Shown: positions 63,021 through 64,000 of the stretch, one piece after another
Numbering within the stretch: position 1 is the stretch's first letter
Layout of the letters: each line of letters starts with the position of its first letter
NCBI GenBank assembly: GCA_964455195.1
Contig: CAYVUY010000001.1
Location: forward strand, 3,642-67,641
Reading direction: 5' to 3'
DNA from: an uncultured Candidatus Saccharibacteria bacterium
GTDB taxonomy: Bacteria; Patescibacteriota; Minisyncoccia; Phycocordibacterales; UBA5272
DNA length: 64,000 bases
The notes under the pieces: generated by a model
Seen by the model: only the letters and a program-made list of their open reading frames with translations
What the model was told of the DNA's origin: nothing
Database searches by the model: none
Translations under genes and position numbers: made by a program

Positions 63021-64000
63021 GCTTTATTAATACCTCCAACCAGACTATATATAGGTAAAATAACTGCAAAAGCAACACCCACGACACCTGCCCATACGAT
63101 AACGAGAAGTATTGGTTCCATAATGATGGTAAGGTTTTTTGTTGTGGTGTCTGATTTTTCTTCGAGAACTTGGCCTATTTTTAAAAGTGTTTTATTAAGA
63201 TTTCCTGATTGTTCCCCTGAGAAAATAAGTTGTTGCATTGGTTGAGGTATAAGTTTATCCGTCTTAGGATAACTCATAAAACTTTTCTGGAAAGAATTTC
63301 CCATTTCAATAGAATCTTTGAGGTGTGTATAGAATTTTTTGTATCTCACAGAGTCCGATGCTCCTAGTAATGACTCAATCGCTTTAATAATAGGAAGGCC
63401 AGCTTCAAGAAGTGTTCCTAACAAATATCCCAATCGTGCAACTTCAACTTCCATAAGAAGTGTTTTAATTCCTGGTATCGAGTATAAGAATGATTCCCCT
63501 AAGAACTTTGTTTTGTCATTTATAAAAACAGTCCATATCACAAGTGCGAGCACGGTAAATCCAAGCGGTACGAACCAAAGTCCATTTTTTTGTAAGAACA
63601 AACCGAAGCCAATAAGGATTTTTGTTATAAGAGGAAGATCAAGTTTAAGATCAGCAAAAATCTTCGCAAGCTTAGGAAGAATAAACCATGAAATACCCAA
63701 CCCAATAACCACCACCAAAACAAGTACGAACACCGGATACATAAGGGCTGACTTTACTTTTGATTTAAGATTTCTTTCTTTTTCCTGTTGAAGAGAAACC
63801 ACTTTTAGATTCTCTGCGAATTTACCGGACTCCTCACCAATACGAAGAAGAGAAATAGTATACCCCTTGAAGAGCCCTGTTCTGTCGAATGATTTCCATA
63901 GTGGTGAACCACCTTCCAGCTCCAGCAATATTGCTTCTAGGATTTTTTTCATCTGAGCACTTTTTGTATCACGGGTGATTGCAGCAAGAGCACTCATAAT
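63017..64000 (-). CDS. pilC: Type IV pilus assembly platform protein PilC/GspF family. Partial; N-terminus lies beyond the window end.
   Basis: T2SSF-domain pattern with three TM segments. Reading frame still open at position 64000. Confidence 0.8.
   Translation of the reverse strand: MMSALAAITRDTKSAQMKKILEAILLELEGGSPLWKSFDRTGLFKGYTISLLRIGEESGKFAENLKVVSLQQEKERNLKSKVKSALMYPVFVLVLVVVIGLGISWFILPKLAKIFADLKLDLPLITKILIGFGLFLQKNGLWFVPLGFTVLALVIWTVFINDKTKFLGESFLYSIPGIKTLLMEVEVARLGYLLGTLLEAGLPIIKAIESLLGASDSVRYKKFYTHLKDSIEMGNSFQKSFMSYPKTDKLIPQPMQQLIFSGEQSGNLNKTLLKIGQVLEEKSDTTTKNLTIIMEPILLVIVWAGVVGVAFAVILPIYSLVGGINKA

Noticed and set aside
1-64000. Integron, prophage or transposon explanation for the GC-rich islets
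   Set aside because: No integrase, transposase, recombinase, attC-like imperfect palindromes or phage structural genes were recognised anywhere in the window. The islets are not clustered.

Overview
The window looks like a 64-kb chromosomal stretch from an AT-rich, small-genome bacterium, with gene content typical of Patescibacteria/CPR-like lineages. Evidence: split transketolase, eukaryote-type dimeric GlyRS, compact UvrC, many short intergenic regions, and abundant type IV pilus genes. Genes are densely packed on both strands and mostly housekeeping: uvrC, uvrA, uvrB, tgt, malic enzyme, fba-tkt-rpe-rpiB-gap, glyQS, rpmG, tRNA-Trp, gyrA, rpsA, pth, lepB, hisS, rpsU, ybeY, ftsA, ftsZ, trxB. 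Interleaved with these are surface and transport genes: NRAMP, VIT, ABC transporters, a Calx-beta giant adhesin, and a type IV pilus cluster with partial pilC at the right edge. No CRISPR array, transposase, integrase or rRNA was recognised. The most unusual content is threefold. (1) A paralogous array of five small secreted two-transmembrane proteins with VirB2/TrbC-like (T4SS pilin-like) architecture at 23775-28573. Several carry disulfide-rich C-terminal tails, and the array is interleaved with glyQS and rpmG. (2) At least seven compositionally foreign GC-rich small-ORF islets, each with its own RBS, promoter and/or terminator, inserted between AT-rich housekeeping genes. (3) An XRE-type HTH fused to a full MurA enzyme, preceded by a perfect 18-bp palindrome. 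All functional calls rest on recognised protein motifs or direct reading of the sequence. No database search was run.
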